DNA from: Ruminococcus sp.
GTDB taxonomy: Bacteria; Bacillota; Clostridia; Oscillospirales; Ruminococcaceae
DNA: 64,000 nt
Direction of reading: 5' to 3'
Assembly (NCBI GenBank): GCA_029062165.1
Contig: JAIDQQ010000041.1
Span: 4,034-68,033, forward strand
Part shown: piece after piece, positions 38,034-48,213 of the stretch
Numbering within the stretch: the stretch's first letter is position 1
Layout of the letters: every line of letters starts with the position of its first letter
Made by a program: the position numbers and the translations under genes
Notes under the pieces: model-generated
What the model saw: the letters and a program-made list of their open reading frames with translations, nothing else
The model's database searches: none
Told to the model about the DNA's origin: nothing

Positions 38034-39005
38034 ATGGAAAATCTGATTTTAACAGAAGAATGGGATAAAACTTTCCCGAAAAGCGATAAGGTTATTCATA
38101 AGAAAGTTACATTTCATAACCGTTATGGCATTACTCTTGCCGGTGACCTTTATGTACCGGAAAATGCATCGGGAAAACTTCCGGCAATAGCTGTATGCGG
38201 ACCTTTCGGGGCAGTCAAGGAACAGTCTTCCGGACTTTATGCCCAGACCCTTGCAGAACGTGGATTTATTACGATTGCTTTTGACTCGTCATTTACCGGT
38301 GAAAGTGGTGGTCAGCCACGTTACGTCGCCTCACCGGATATAAACACGGAAGATTTCTGTTCCGCTGTTGATTTTCTTTCCGTACAGGAAAATGTTGACC
38401 CTCAAAAAATAGGTATTCTCGGTATATGTGGCTGGGGTGGTATGGCTATAAATGCCACCGCTATGGATACAAGAATAAAAGCGACTGTTTCTTCCACAAT
38501 GTACGATATGACAAGAGTTAATGCAAAGGGATATTTTGACGAGGCAGACAGTCCGGAAGCACGTTATGAAACCCGCAAGGCTCTTAACGAACAGCGTATT
38601 AAGGACTATAAAGCCGGTGAATACGAACTGGGTGGCGGTGTCGTTGACCCTTTACCTGAAGACGCTCCGTTTTTTGTGAAGGATTATTACGACTACTATA
38701 AAACAGAACGTGGTTATCATAAGCGTTCACTTAATTCAAACGGTGGCTGGAATAAAACTTCTGCATTGTCGTTCATGAATATGCCGATTTTACAGTATGC
38801 CGGTGAAATAAAATCCGCTGTACTGCTTATTCACGGCGAAAAGGCACATTCATGTTATTTCAGCAGAGATGCCTATAAACTCCTTAACGGCGATAACAAG
38901 GAACTCATGATTATTCCGGAAGCTGTCCATACAGACCTCTATGACAGAACTGACATTATACCTTTTGACAAAATTGTATCTTTCTATAATGAATATCTGA
39001 AATAA
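38034..39005 (+). CDS. Alpha/beta hydrolase (dienelactone-hydrolase-like, Cys nucleophile)
   Basis: The nucleophile elbow is GICGWGG (G-x-C-x-G). A late HTD/His lies in IPEAVHTDLYD. The length and the order of secondary-structure-like segments fit an alpha/beta fold. Confidence 0.65.
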   Translation: MENLILTEEWDKTFPKSDKVIHKKVTFHNRYGITLAGDLYVPENASGKLPAIAVCGPFGAVKEQSSGLYAQTLAERGFITIAFDSSFTGESGGQPRYVASPDINTEDFCSAVDFLSVQENVDPQKIGILGICGWGGMAINATAMDTRIKATVSSTMYDMTRVNAKGYFDEADSPEARYETRKALNEQRIKDYKAGEYELGGGVVDPLPEDAPFFVKDYYDYYKTERGYHKRSLNSNGGWNKTSALSFMNMPILQYAGEIKSAVLLIHGEKAHSCYFSRDAYKLLNGDNKELMIIPEAVHTDLYDRTDIIPFDKIVSFYNEYLK

Positions 39006-39013
39006 AATATAAA

Positions 39014-39044
39014 ATCCGTATATTTCAAATATACGGATTTTTTG
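39014..39044 (+). terminator. Rho-independent terminator
   Basis: Stem ATCCGTATATTT/AAATATACGGAT followed by T6. Confidence 0.6.
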
Positions 39045-39133
39045 TTAAAAGAAAAAAATATTGTTTTTTACCGCACATTATAGCATTAGGAAACGTCAAT
39101 AAATATAGGAATATATTTACAGGAGGTTCACTT

Positions 39134-40255
39134 ATGAAAAGAAAATTAATCGCTATGATGTCGGCACTGGTTATGTGCTTTTCCGCCGTACCATATACCG
39201 CAAATGCCGAAGAAGTTCCGGAAAATATGCCGGAATGGATTCCACAGAATTTTACAGAGGCACTTCAATTTGATAACGAATACGGTATAACCCATATCGA
39301 AGACGGTCTTATATGCTGTGTCCGCAAGCAGTATGTTTACGCCGATGACAGTAATGAATATCTTACGGAATATTCCGGTGACGATTCAATGGGACTGCTT
39401 ACACTCTCCAGTGAGACATATAATTTCGTAATGCCTGAAAAGCCGGACGAATCCGACGAAGAAGCCTATCAGAAATATCTTGATTTTCTGCATAGCAACG
39501 GCATAAGTGAATTTTTTGCGGATAATGACCTTGTTTACGTTGATTATAATTATGAAGTAACTGTTTATACAATGAATCCGTCAAGCAGTGTTGAAATCAA
39601 CTGGATTGAAAAACACCCACAGACTAAAGAAATTGTAAATACTACAACATTGTCATTTGAATCGTCAGCGGAGGGAGTTGTTACCGAAACTGATTTATAC
39701 GGCTGGTTTCCGGACACTATGGGAGAATGTTATTCCTATACAAAAAATAACGGTGAAATTTCCATACATGACGGATACATTGTAGTATGTGACGAAGTAT
39801 GCTGGGACGGCGGTTACAGTATGATTGTTGAATCAATCGGCACGACAGACCTTGAATTAGTAAAAAAACAATCATCTTCTATGAGTTATATTGTTCCGCT
39901 TGATGGTGGTTCTTCAACACAAGTACGGCTTTATAAGCCGGTTACTTCCGGACAGGTAAAAGTTACTTTCAAACACGCAAGAGAGTGGGAAAAAAACGGT
40001 AAAGAAATAAAGAAAGTTATTAAATATTTCAACGTCGACGACAACGGTAATATATCTGAAATCGACGGTATAAACGACGGTGACTGCAATGGTGACGGAC
40101 AGTTTACTATATCCGACGTGGTAATGTTTCAGAAATGGTTATCCGGTACAGGTGAACTCACTGACTGGAAAAACGCTGATTTGACATTTGACAATAATCT
40201 TGATGTTTTCGATTTGGTACTCATGAAACAATTAATTATAAACGGAGGTATTTAA
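39134..40255 (+). CDS. Secreted dockerin-containing protein, unknown N-terminal domain (paralogue A)
   Basis: A signal peptide ending ANA-EE. The C-terminal dockerin reads GDCNGDGQFTISDVVMFQKWL...ADLTFDNNLDVFDLVLMKQ. Confidence 0.7.
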   Translation: MKRKLIAMMSALVMCFSAVPYTANAEEVPENMPEWIPQNFTEALQFDNEYGITHIEDGLICCVRKQYVYADDSNEYLTEYSGDDSMGLLTLSSETYNFVMPEKPDESDEEAYQKYLDFLHSNGISEFFADNDLVYVDYNYEVTVYTMNPSSSVEINWIEKHPQTKEIVNTTTLSFESSAEGVVTETDLYGWFPDTMGECYSYTKNNGEISIHDGYIVVCDEVCWDGGYSMIVESIGTTDLELVKKQSSSMSYIVPLDGGSSTQVRLYKPVTSGQVKVTFKHAREWEKNGKEIKKVIKYFNVDDNGNISEIDGINDGDCNGDGQFTISDVVMFQKWLSGTGELTDWKNADLTFDNNLDVFDLVLMKQLIINGGI

Positions 40256-40256
40256 C

Positions 40257-41867
40257 ATGAAAAGAAAATTAATAGCTATGATGTCCGCACTGGCAATATG
40301 TCTGCCGGTAATGCCGTATAACGTCAGTGCGATGGACGTTCCGGAAAAAATGCCGGAATGGATTCCGCAGAATTTTACAGAGGCACTCCATTTTGATAAC
40401 CAATATGGCAGAATACATATCGAAGACGATTTAATCTGTTGTGTATGGCAGATATACGATGATAAATGTCAGTATACTACAGGAATTTCCGGCATAACGG
40501 AAGTATTTTCCGATACGTTAGTATTCGAGATGCCACCTGAACCTGACAAATCCGACGAACAGGCATATCAGGAATACCTTGATTTTATACGTGAAAATAA
40601 TCTGACAGACTATGTTAATTATTTTAAACATTACGGCGAGGAAGTAAATATAAAATCCCCTTTCAAGTACGAAGTGGCAGTTTATAAAATGAATCCGTCC
40701 GGAAGTGCTGATATTCAACGCATATCAAAAGACGGTGACCGCATTGTAAGTGATACTACTTTTTCGTTTGAATCTTCAGCAGACGGCGAAATTACTGAAA
40801 CGGATATATACGGCTGGTTTCCTGATTGTATAAGCGAGTGTAACTTTGATACAGTTTCAGTAGTCAATGGACACATTGTTTTCTGTGATGATGTATGTTA
40901 TGACGGCGGATTTAGTCTGATGTTTGAACAGACCGGAACAGCAGAACTTGAATATGTTGCAGGCGGTAGTTTTTATTTAGAATCTATTGCACCGTCAGCA
41001 CCGGGAACAAGTCCTGTAGTAGTAAAAGCATATAAGCCTCTCAATGCCGGACAGGTTAAAGTTACTTTCAGACAGGCACAGGATTGGGAAGGTGGATATG
41101 TCGGCGAAACAGTTGTTAAGTATTATAACGTCGACGACAACGGTAATATAACTGAAGCAGATTGTAATATAACCGACGGTGACTGCAATGGTGACGGACA
41201 GTTTACTATATCGGACGTGGTAATGTTTCAGAAATGGCTTTCCGGTACAGGTGAGCTTACCAACTGGCAGAACGCTGATTTGACATTTGACAATAAACTT
41301 GATGTTTTCGATTTGGTACTTATGAAACAGGCTGTCATTGAAAATATGCCGACAATAGATTACGATTATAAGGAAGTTTCCAAAGACGATATAACCATAC
41401 TTAAACAGGAAATACTGTCAAGATACCCCGATACAGATATGAAAGACTTTACTTTTGTATACAATCCTGACCACCCACAAACATATAGTAAGCGTAAAGC
41501 CTTTGACATTTATTATAAAGGTGTAAAGTTAAAAGGCGACGAGCGTCACAATATATGTGCAAGTGTCTATACACGCCCAGACGGTTTAAGGGAAGTAGAC
41601 ATGAATCTCGTAAAAACTCCGGAAGAAATAATGGAAGTTGATACCAGTGTGAAATGTATTGACCGTTATGAAATGAAAAAACTTCTTAACAGTGAAGAAT
41701 ATCCGGAACTTACAATATATGTTAATTACTGGGATAAACCGGTACTCGCCTACAGACTGGAAGATGAAAACGGTTTCGGTGCAACTATATATGATGCGGT
41801 GACAGGCGAAGAAATAGAATATATCCCGTATCTTGTATGTGCTCTGCCGACGGATGATTTGCAATGA
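40257..41867 (+). CDS. Secreted dockerin-containing protein (paralogue B) with an extra roughly 190-aa C-terminal domain
   Basis: It shares the signal peptide, the MPEWIPQNFTEAL block, the WFPD block and the dockerin with paralogue A. It continues past the dockerin. Confidence 0.7.
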   Translation: MKRKLIAMMSALAICLPVMPYNVSAMDVPEKMPEWIPQNFTEALHFDNQYGRIHIEDDLICCVWQIYDDKCQYTTGISGITEVFSDTLVFEMPPEPDKSDEQAYQEYLDFIRENNLTDYVNYFKHYGEEVNIKSPFKYEVAVYKMNPSGSADIQRISKDGDRIVSDTTFSFESSADGEITETDIYGWFPDCISECNFDTVSVVNGHIVFCDDVCYDGGFSLMFEQTGTAELEYVAGGSFYLESIAPSAPGTSPVVVKAYKPLNAGQVKVTFRQAQDWEGGYVGETVVKYYNVDDNGNITEADCNITDGDCNGDGQFTISDVVMFQKWLSGTGELTNWQNADLTFDNKLDVFDLVLMKQAVIENMPTIDYDYKEVSKDDITILKQEILSRYPDTDMKDFTFVYNPDHPQTYSKRKAFDIYYKGVKLKGDERHNICASVYTRPDGLREVDMNLVKTPEEIMEVDTSVKCIDRYEMKKLLNSEEYPELTIYVNYWDKPVLAYRLEDENGFGATIYDAVTGEEIEYIPYLVCALPTDDLQ

Positions 41868-42379
41868 TTAGCGACGAATTACTTGAAAATATGTCACGGG
41901 AAGAACTTATACAGCTTATACGGATTTACTCTAAAAACTGGCTCGCTATGGACGGTGCATGGTTTCAGGCAGTAGAAAAAAGTCGTGGTATGGACGAGGC
42001 TATGTTAATGGATTCTGAAGCGTGGAAAGTATTTACAGTTGCGGAGGCTCGTAGGATTAAAAAATTCCTGAATCTTCCGGAGCAGGCAGGGCTTGACGGT
42101 CTCGCAAAGGCACTAAAAATACGTTTCTATGGAAATATAAATACCGGTGAAATAATTACGGAAAACAATACTCTTATATACAAAAATACTGAATGTTTCG
42201 TACAGACCGCAAGAAAACGTAAAAATATGGAGTATCACCCTTGTAAGACGGTAGGTATTATAGAGTATTCGGAATTTGCAAAAGTAATTGACAATCGCAT
42301 TTACTGCGAGTGCATAAGCTGTTATCCCGATATTACGGATAATTCCTGTTGTTGTGCGTGGAAGTTCATACTTGAATGA
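41864..42379 (+). CDS. Hypothetical cytosolic Cys-containing protein (171 aa)
   Basis: An ATGA start/stop overlap with the upstream gene. No motif I can name with confidence. Confidence 0.45.
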   Translation: MISDELLENMSREELIQLIRIYSKNWLAMDGAWFQAVEKSRGMDEAMLMDSEAWKVFTVAEARRIKKFLNLPEQAGLDGLAKALKIRFYGNINTGEIITENNTLIYKNTECFVQTARKRKNMEYHPCKTVGIIEYSEFAKVIDNRIYCECISCYPDITDNSCCCAWKFILE

Positions 42380-42429
42380 AATCAGACAGACTGTATTTTT
42401 ATACAGTCTGTTTTTTTTGATAAAAATGC

Positions 42430-42458
42430 TTGCAATTTTCTGTAATATATAGTATAAT
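42430..42458 (+). promoter_or_regulatory. Promoter copy 1 (TTGCAA-17-TATAAT)
   Basis: cttgcaattttctgtaatatatagtataat. A nearly identical 30-mer recurs at 42783. Confidence 0.5.
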
Positions 42459-42488
42459 TTAGACAGATAATAGAAAGGTGGATTTGAT

Positions 42489-42746
42489 ATGTCTGAAAAC
42501 AGGGGAAGGGCTTATACACGTTATCAGCGTAACAGTCACATAAACAGAAAAAAACGTATAATTCATGATATGTATGATTACTGGTACTATCCTTATGAGG
42601 GGAAACTTTCCAAAGGGAAAATACATTGTTCATGTTCAATGTGTCGTCTGAAATATTGGGAATATATCCCGAAACGTGATAAAAGCCGTCTTATTGCAAT
42701 GGATTACTCACTTGATATGGCATTGAAACAATTTCCGGTTGAATAA
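42489..42746 (+). CDS. Hypothetical small basic protein (85 aa)
   Basis: AAAGGTGG RBS. R/K/Y-rich with a CSCSMC motif. Confidence 0.4.
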   Translation: MSENRGRAYTRYQRNSHINRKKRIIHDMYDYWYYPYEGKLSKGKIHCSCSMCRLKYWEYIPKRDKSRLIAMDYSLDMALKQFPVE

Positions 42747-42783
42747 TGATTCTATGTTTTTTGACTGAAACTATTATTTGTAC

Positions 42784-42812
42784 TTGCAATTTTCTGTATA
42801 ATATGGTATAAT
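42784..42812 (+). promoter_or_regulatory. Promoter copy 2 (TTGCAA-17-TATAAT)
   Basis: cttgcaattttctgtataatatggtataat, followed by a GAGGTGA RBS and the ATG at 42830. Confidence 0.5.
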
Positions 42813-42829
42813 ATCACAGAGGTGATACT

Positions 42830-43327
42830 ATGTGGAGCAAAACAAAAAAAGCCCTTGAAAGTCGGCTTGCTGACTGTCTTAGAGACAGGGTATATTATAC
42901 TTTCGCAAGGCATATTTATTATGATAACTGCTGGGATTATCAGTTTCCGATATTTTATATTCGTGTAGACAAGGAAACGTGGTTTGCTACTAATCCACAG
43001 TGGACTTATAAAGTTAAGGAATATAATAGGATAACAAGGAACTATCAGAAAGCTGTCGACATGGCAACCAAGGAAATGGGTACGCTAGATATGTTCGGAT
43101 ATACTGAACACGAAGATTATTTAATGGAAATGGTACATAATTATCTGAATGTATATACAATTGAAGAGTGCATGAATCACGATAATTATTTCTACAGAAT
43201 ACTTGCCGTCCTTGACCGGCGGACAGGTAAACGTAAAATAAAAGCACTTCTTGACAATATCGACAATGAACCCGAATGGTTCAGGAAATACATTACTTTA
43301 CGTGCTACAGCACAGAATATAATCTAA
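42830..43327 (+). CDS. Hypothetical protein (165 aa)
   Basis: ORF with a good RBS. No recognised motif. Confidence 0.45.
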   Translation: MWSKTKKALESRLADCLRDRVYYTFARHIYYDNCWDYQFPIFYIRVDKETWFATNPQWTYKVKEYNRITRNYQKAVDMATKEMGTLDMFGYTEHEDYLMEMVHNYLNVYTIEECMNHDNYFYRILAVLDRRTGKRKIKALLDNIDNEPEWFRKYITLRATAQNII

Positions 43328-43345
43328 TCATATGGAGGTAATTTA

Positions 43346-43963
43346 ATGAAAGTTCTTCTTATTAACGGAAGTCCGCACGCACAAGGTAATACATACATTG
43401 CACTTGCGGAAATGCAGAAAATTTTCCATGAAAACGACATCGAGACGGAAATAATTCACGTCGGTAACAAGGACGTAAGAGGTTGTATAGCCTGTAATAC
43501 GTGCGTCGAAAACGGAAAATGTGTCTTCAATGACATAGTAAACGATACCGCACAGAAATTTCAGGAGTGCGATGGGCTTGTAGTCGGAACGCCGGTATAT
43601 TATGCCTCGGCAAATTCAACCCTGATTTCTTTCCTGACACGTCTTTTTTACAGTACGCACTTCGATAAGACCATGAAAGTCGGAGCAGGTGTGGCAGTCG
43701 CAAGACGTGGTGGACTTTCTGCAACTTTCGACGAACTCAACAAATTCTTTACAATTTCCGGTATGCCGATTGCGTCAAGCCAGTACTGGAACAGCGTACA
43801 CGGAAGATTACAGGGTGAAGCCTCACAGGACGAAGAGGGTTTACAGACTATGCGTACACTTGCAAGAAATATGTCTTTCCTCATGAAAAGCATAGCACTC
43901 GGCAAGGAAAAATACGGTCTGCCCGAAAAAGAACCGTTTCAGCGTACAAATTTCATAAGATAA
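43346..43963 (+). CDS. Flavodoxin-fold NAD(P)H-dependent FMN reductase / iron-sulfur flavoprotein family
   Basis: MKVLLINGSPHAQGNT, a Cys cluster GCIACNTCVENGKC and the VVGTPVYY motif. Confidence 0.8.
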   Translation: MKVLLINGSPHAQGNTYIALAEMQKIFHENDIETEIIHVGNKDVRGCIACNTCVENGKCVFNDIVNDTAQKFQECDGLVVGTPVYYASANSTLISFLTRLFYSTHFDKTMKVGAGVAVARRGGLSATFDELNKFFTISGMPIASSQYWNSVHGRLQGEASQDEEGLQTMRTLARNMSFLMKSIALGKEKYGLPEKEPFQRTNFIR

Positions 43964-43978
43964 CAGGAGGTCTTTAAA

Positions 43979-44512
43979 ATGAAAATACTCGTAATTACAG
44001 GAAGTCCACACAAACACGGTACTACAAATGTACTTGCCGAAAACTTCATAAGAGGTGCTGAAGAAGCCGGTCATGAAGTCTGTCGTTTTGATTCAGCATT
44101 CATGAATGTTCACCCATGTATCGCTTGCGAAAAGTGTCATAATACCGATACCGGTTGTGCTTTTAAGGACGATATGGAAAAAATAAATCCGGAAATACTT
44201 TCGGCAGATATGATTGTTTTCGTAACCCCTATTTACTATTACGGCATGACTTCACAGATTCGTGCGGTTATCGACAGATTCTATGCCAATGACGCTCTTA
44301 TTCACGGCAACAAGAAAACTGCTCTCATGGTGACTATGGCTGACGACGTCAAAAAGACTGCTACCGGTGCGGTTGCCTCATTCGAGGGTATGGCGGATTA
44401 TCTCGGCTGGGAAATAGTCGGTACAATAGTAGGCGTCGACTGTGGTGATGTTTCCGCACTCGAAAAAACAGACTATCCGGAAAAAGCCTATCAGTTCGGC
44501 AGAAATATATAA
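43979..44512 (+). CDS. Second flavodoxin-fold FMN reductase family protein
   Basis: MKILVITGSPHKHGTT, PCIACEKC and VFVTPIYYYGMT. It is a paralogue of the preceding gene. Confidence 0.8.
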   Translation: MKILVITGSPHKHGTTNVLAENFIRGAEEAGHEVCRFDSAFMNVHPCIACEKCHNTDTGCAFKDDMEKINPEILSADMIVFVTPIYYYGMTSQIRAVIDRFYANDALIHGNKKTALMVTMADDVKKTATGAVASFEGMADYLGWEIVGTIVGVDCGDVSALEKTDYPEKAYQFGRNI

Positions 44513-44579
44513 AAATAATGTCCTGTAGTGCATATCGCATTACAGGACGTTTTACAAAAAAACGAAAGGACTTTTAAAA

Positions 44580-45128
44580 ATGTACGAAATGAAAGACGAT
44601 ATTTTTTACGAGTACGTGAAAAAATACGATAAACTTTTACTTGATTATGTTCTGTTATCGGCTGATGATGGCGAAATTTCGCATAAAAAAGCCGTTATAA
44701 ATGCAATATCTGTAATTAATTCAAGGGAACGGATTGGTAATCAGTATTATAAAAAAAGTCCGGAATTTTATGTTGATGAAAATAAAATGATTTGCCGAAA
44801 ATGCAGTACAGAAAATTTCTTTACTGTTGATACAGTAAAAAAGTATGGTAATTGTATGTGTGTTGAAGAATCATGTTATTGGACTTATCGTGATGCATTT
44901 CTTTACTATACGCCATATCCTGTACCGTATACGGAAAAGGATTTTCAGAAAGTAAATTATGTGCTTTTTCCGGAGTGTTACCGTAAAGACCTTGAAATTT
45001 ATCAATGGAATGATGAGTTTTCGGACTATTTCAACGACGGAAAAGAAGGTTTCGGTGCGACAATGTGGAGTATTTACGATAAAAATATGTGCAGATTTGT
45101 CATTATTGGTACATCTATGACAGATTGA
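44580..45128 (+). CDS. Hypothetical protein (182 aa)
   Basis: ORF that follows a hairpin terminator at about 44519-44552. No confident motif. Confidence 0.4.
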   Translation: MYEMKDDIFYEYVKKYDKLLLDYVLLSADDGEISHKKAVINAISVINSRERIGNQYYKKSPEFYVDENKMICRKCSTENFFTVDTVKKYGNCMCVEESCYWTYRDAFLYYTPYPVPYTEKDFQKVNYVLFPECYRKDLEIYQWNDEFSDYFNDGKEGFGATMWSIYDKNMCRFVIIGTSMTD

Positions 45129-45142
45129 AAAGGGAGTTTTTT

Positions 45143-45991
45143 ATGAAAATTATCGAAAATATGAATTTTGAAGAGGAAAGAGCTTTATATAACAGTAACG
45201 GAATTATTCTGAAAAACTGTTCGTTTGACGGGCAGGCGGATGGCGAAAGTGCTTTGAAAGAAAGTCGGAATATAGAGGTTTATGACAGTTATTTCAATCT
45301 GCGATACCCTTTATGGCACGATACCGGCGTAAAAATTTCCGGTTCTGAAATGACTGAATTATGTCGGGCGTCATTGTGGTACTCGCACGGTATCGAGATA
45401 GAAAATTCTAAAATGTACGGTATAAAGGCACTCCGTGAATGTTCCGATATATCGATAAAAAACTGCGATATTATTTCCCCTGAATTTGGTTGGTTTGTGA
45501 AAAATGTAAAAATGTACGAATGTACGATAAAAAGCGAGTACTTTATGATGCGTTCCGATAAACTCGATTTCAGAAAAGTAGATTTCTGTGGGAAGTATTC
45601 GTTTCAGTACATAAAAAATTCCGTATTTGAAAACTGTAACTTCGATACTAAAGATGCTTTCTGGAACGCACAAAATGTGACAGTCCGTAACAGTATCGTA
45701 AAAGGTGAGTATCTCGCATGGTACTCCGAAAACCTTACGTTTGAAAACTGCATAATTACCGGTACACAACCTTTATGTTACTGCAAAAATCTGCGACTTA
45801 TCAACTGTGAAATGCATGATACTGACTTATCTTTTGAAAAATCTGACGTCTATGCGGAAATAATAACGCCGGTCATAAGTATAAAAAATGTACATTCCGG
45901 AAAAATTTACGTGCCGGAAGTCAGCGAGATTATCAGCGATGACCCATCTGCAACCGGTGAAATTATAATAAGAGGTTCGGAAAATGGCTGA
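45143..45991 (+). CDS. Beta-helix repeat protein (DUF3737-like)
   Basis: ATG at 45143 with AAGGGAG upstream. A repetitive pattern of ...N/C.F...Y... segments is present. EERALYNS...C.F..GESALKES resembles the DUF3737 N-terminus as I remember it. Confidence 0.5.
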   Translation: MKIIENMNFEEERALYNSNGIILKNCSFDGQADGESALKESRNIEVYDSYFNLRYPLWHDTGVKISGSEMTELCRASLWYSHGIEIENSKMYGIKALRECSDISIKNCDIISPEFGWFVKNVKMYECTIKSEYFMMRSDKLDFRKVDFCGKYSFQYIKNSVFENCNFDTKDAFWNAQNVTVRNSIVKGEYLAWYSENLTFENCIITGTQPLCYCKNLRLINCEMHDTDLSFEKSDVYAEIITPVISIKNVHSGKIYVPEVSEIISDDPSATGEIIIRGSENG

Positions 45992-46796
45992 AATAATTGA
46001 AATACAAAATCTGTCGATACCGGAAATTTTACCGTATACAATCACTTCGGAAATACAGTTGAAACGCTGGTTTGAACCCGATTCCTGTGGAATTTTTATC
46101 GCAGAAAGTCCGAAAGTTATAAGGCTTGCTCTCGATTCTGATTACAAACCTCTTTCGATTCTCGCCGAAAAAAAATATATCTCCGGACAGGCAAGCGATA
46201 TTATCAGACGTTGCGGAGACATCAAAATTTATACCGCAGATAGCGACGTACTGACTAAAATTACCGGCTTTAAACTCACACAGGGTATACTATGTGCAAT
46301 GCGTAGGAAAAAATTACCGGAATTATCGGAAATACTCGAAAAATGTAAGAGAATAGCTGTTCTTGAAGACGTCATGAATCAGACTAATATAGGTGCGGTA
46401 ATACGTTCTGCGATTGCAATGAATTTTGAGGCGGTACTTCTTACACCCGCAAGCAGTGACCCTTTATATCGCCGTGCTGTACGTGTGAGTATGGGAAATG
46501 TTTTCCGTATTCCGTGGACTTACTTTCCCGACGAAAATTACATAGAAACTCTTAAAAATTCCGGATTCAGTACGCTTGCTATGGCACTCCATGACAATAC
46601 GGTTAATATAGATAATCCGGTTCTGAAGTCTCTTGAAAAAATAGCAGTGATACTCGGTACGGAGGGTGAGGGGCTGAAACAGTCTACTATTGAAAGTTGC
46701 GATTTTACCGTAAAAATTCCCATGGCGGAGGGCGTAGATTCTCTTAACGTCGCCTCCGCAAGTGCCGTGGCATTCTGGGAACTCTCAAAGAAATAA
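45984..46796 (+). CDS. SpoU/TrmH-family RNA 2'-O-methyltransferase
   Basis: Motifs LEDVMNQTNIGAVIRSA, VILGTEGEGL and IPMAEGVDSLNVASASAVAFWEL. Confidence 0.8.
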   Translation: MAEIIEIQNLSIPEILPYTITSEIQLKRWFEPDSCGIFIAESPKVIRLALDSDYKPLSILAEKKYISGQASDIIRRCGDIKIYTADSDVLTKITGFKLTQGILCAMRRKKLPELSEILEKCKRIAVLEDVMNQTNIGAVIRSAIAMNFEAVLLTPASSDPLYRRAVRVSMGNVFRIPWTYFPDENYIETLKNSGFSTLAMALHDNTVNIDNPVLKSLEKIAVILGTEGEGLKQSTIESCDFTVKIPMAEGVDSLNVASASAVAFWELSKK

Positions 46797-46797
46797 G

Positions 46798-48111
46798 TTA
46801 TTCCGTTTCGCTTAGATAGATTGAAATACGATTATTTAAATTATCAACGCATTTCTGTGGCGTTATCTCTCCTGACAAAAATTTATGATATTCTTCTAAA
46901 ACGATTCTTTCCACTTCTTCGGAAGTATACGGTTCAAATTCAACATTGCGGAGATATTCAACAGCCTGTTCTATAGCCTCTTCTGTAATCTCTATCTGTT
47001 CGTTACCGTCGGGAAGATTCTGCGGACAGTGTACGGACATACTGTTATATTTACTTTCTTTCAGCTGGTCGTTAAGATTTTTTTCAGTGACCGGCATACT
47101 GAATATCATGCCTTTGTTTATTGATTTATCATTTAACATGAGTTCTATAAATTCATAACCCTCCTGTTTTTCGGAACTTGTTTCAAGGATTCCTAACATT
47201 GAAAAAGCATCTGTAATATAACCCTTACCGGTTTCCGACGGATAGCCGATAAAAGTTACATCAGCACCGCCGAACCATGCGTAAGTCTGTTGTGTCAATG
47301 AGGCGTTTATTCCGAAAAGATCCACGTCGCTGACAAGTGAACGGTTTTTTATAAGATTGTCATTTCCGACAGGGTCATATGGCTGAAATGCAGGCAGATT
47401 ATTAATACTTTCAAGCATATCCTTAAATGCTCCTCCGAAATCGCAGGTATTATTTTTGTAGTCGACGGCATCCACAGCAACACGTTTTATTAAATAGTTC
47501 GGTATGTCGTATTCCATCCACGCATAGTTAAGGAAATTCTCCATACCGTCCGGCATATTATAGAACGCATTAAAAGCCTGCTCCGGAGTCCAGTTTTCCA
47601 TATTTTCGCCGACGTTTTCAGTCTTTGCAACGGCTGTATATAAAATCCAGTTATCACATATTGCCGGAAGTTTTCCGTCAACTTCGAGACCTGCTAAGAC
47701 ATTCGGCAGAAAATCATCTTTTTTAAGAGTTTCCGACTGTTCCATAAGCGGATAGAGGTCTGTTAAATAACCTCTTTTTATGAACTGTGTGAAATCATCA
47801 GCACCGGTGTATACAACGTCAATATCTTCACCGGAAATTATATCGAGATTAAGAAGTTCAAAAGGGTCTGAATTGTCGCCCCCTGGGTAGAATTTTATAT
47901 TTACGTCGCAATCCATTTTGTTGATAATCTGACGTTCTACTTGTGTCAGTTCCTTTAAAATAGTGGCGACGTTCAATGTTTTTTTGTCGGTAGTTTCCGA
48001 CGTTTCTTCCTCAACGGGCGGAGCAGGTGGGTTGACGTCCTCGATTTTTTTACCGCATGAACACGTATTCAGTATCGCAAGCAATGCAATTATCATTGAT
48101 ATTTTTTTCAT
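46798..48111 (-). CDS. Lipoprotein, ABC-type extracellular solute-binding protein (orphan; no permease adjacent)
   Basis: A lipobox-like LAILNTCSC. The size and alternating pattern fit family-1 SBPs. Confidence 0.6.
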   Translation of the reverse strand: MKKISMIIALLAILNTCSCGKKIEDVNPPAPPVEEETSETTDKKTLNVATILKELTQVERQIINKMDCDVNIKFYPGGDNSDPFELLNLDIISGEDIDVVYTGADDFTQFIKRGYLTDLYPLMEQSETLKKDDFLPNVLAGLEVDGKLPAICDNWILYTAVAKTENVGENMENWTPEQAFNAFYNMPDGMENFLNYAWMEYDIPNYLIKRVAVDAVDYKNNTCDFGGAFKDMLESINNLPAFQPYDPVGNDNLIKNRSLVSDVDLFGINASLTQQTYAWFGGADVTFIGYPSETGKGYITDAFSMLGILETSSEKQEGYEFIELMLNDKSINKGMIFSMPVTEKNLNDQLKESKYNSMSVHCPQNLPDGNEQIEITEEAIEQAVEYLRNVEFEPYTSEEVERIVLEEYHKFLSGEITPQKCVDNLNNRISIYLSETE

Positions 48112-48213
48112 GTGTTTTGTCCTTTCGTATTATTTCTGAAAAGCGTCCGGAAAAGCCTTTCATATATAAGTGATTCGAGAGGGCAAAAAAGACGAAAAAA
48201 ATATATATTTTTT

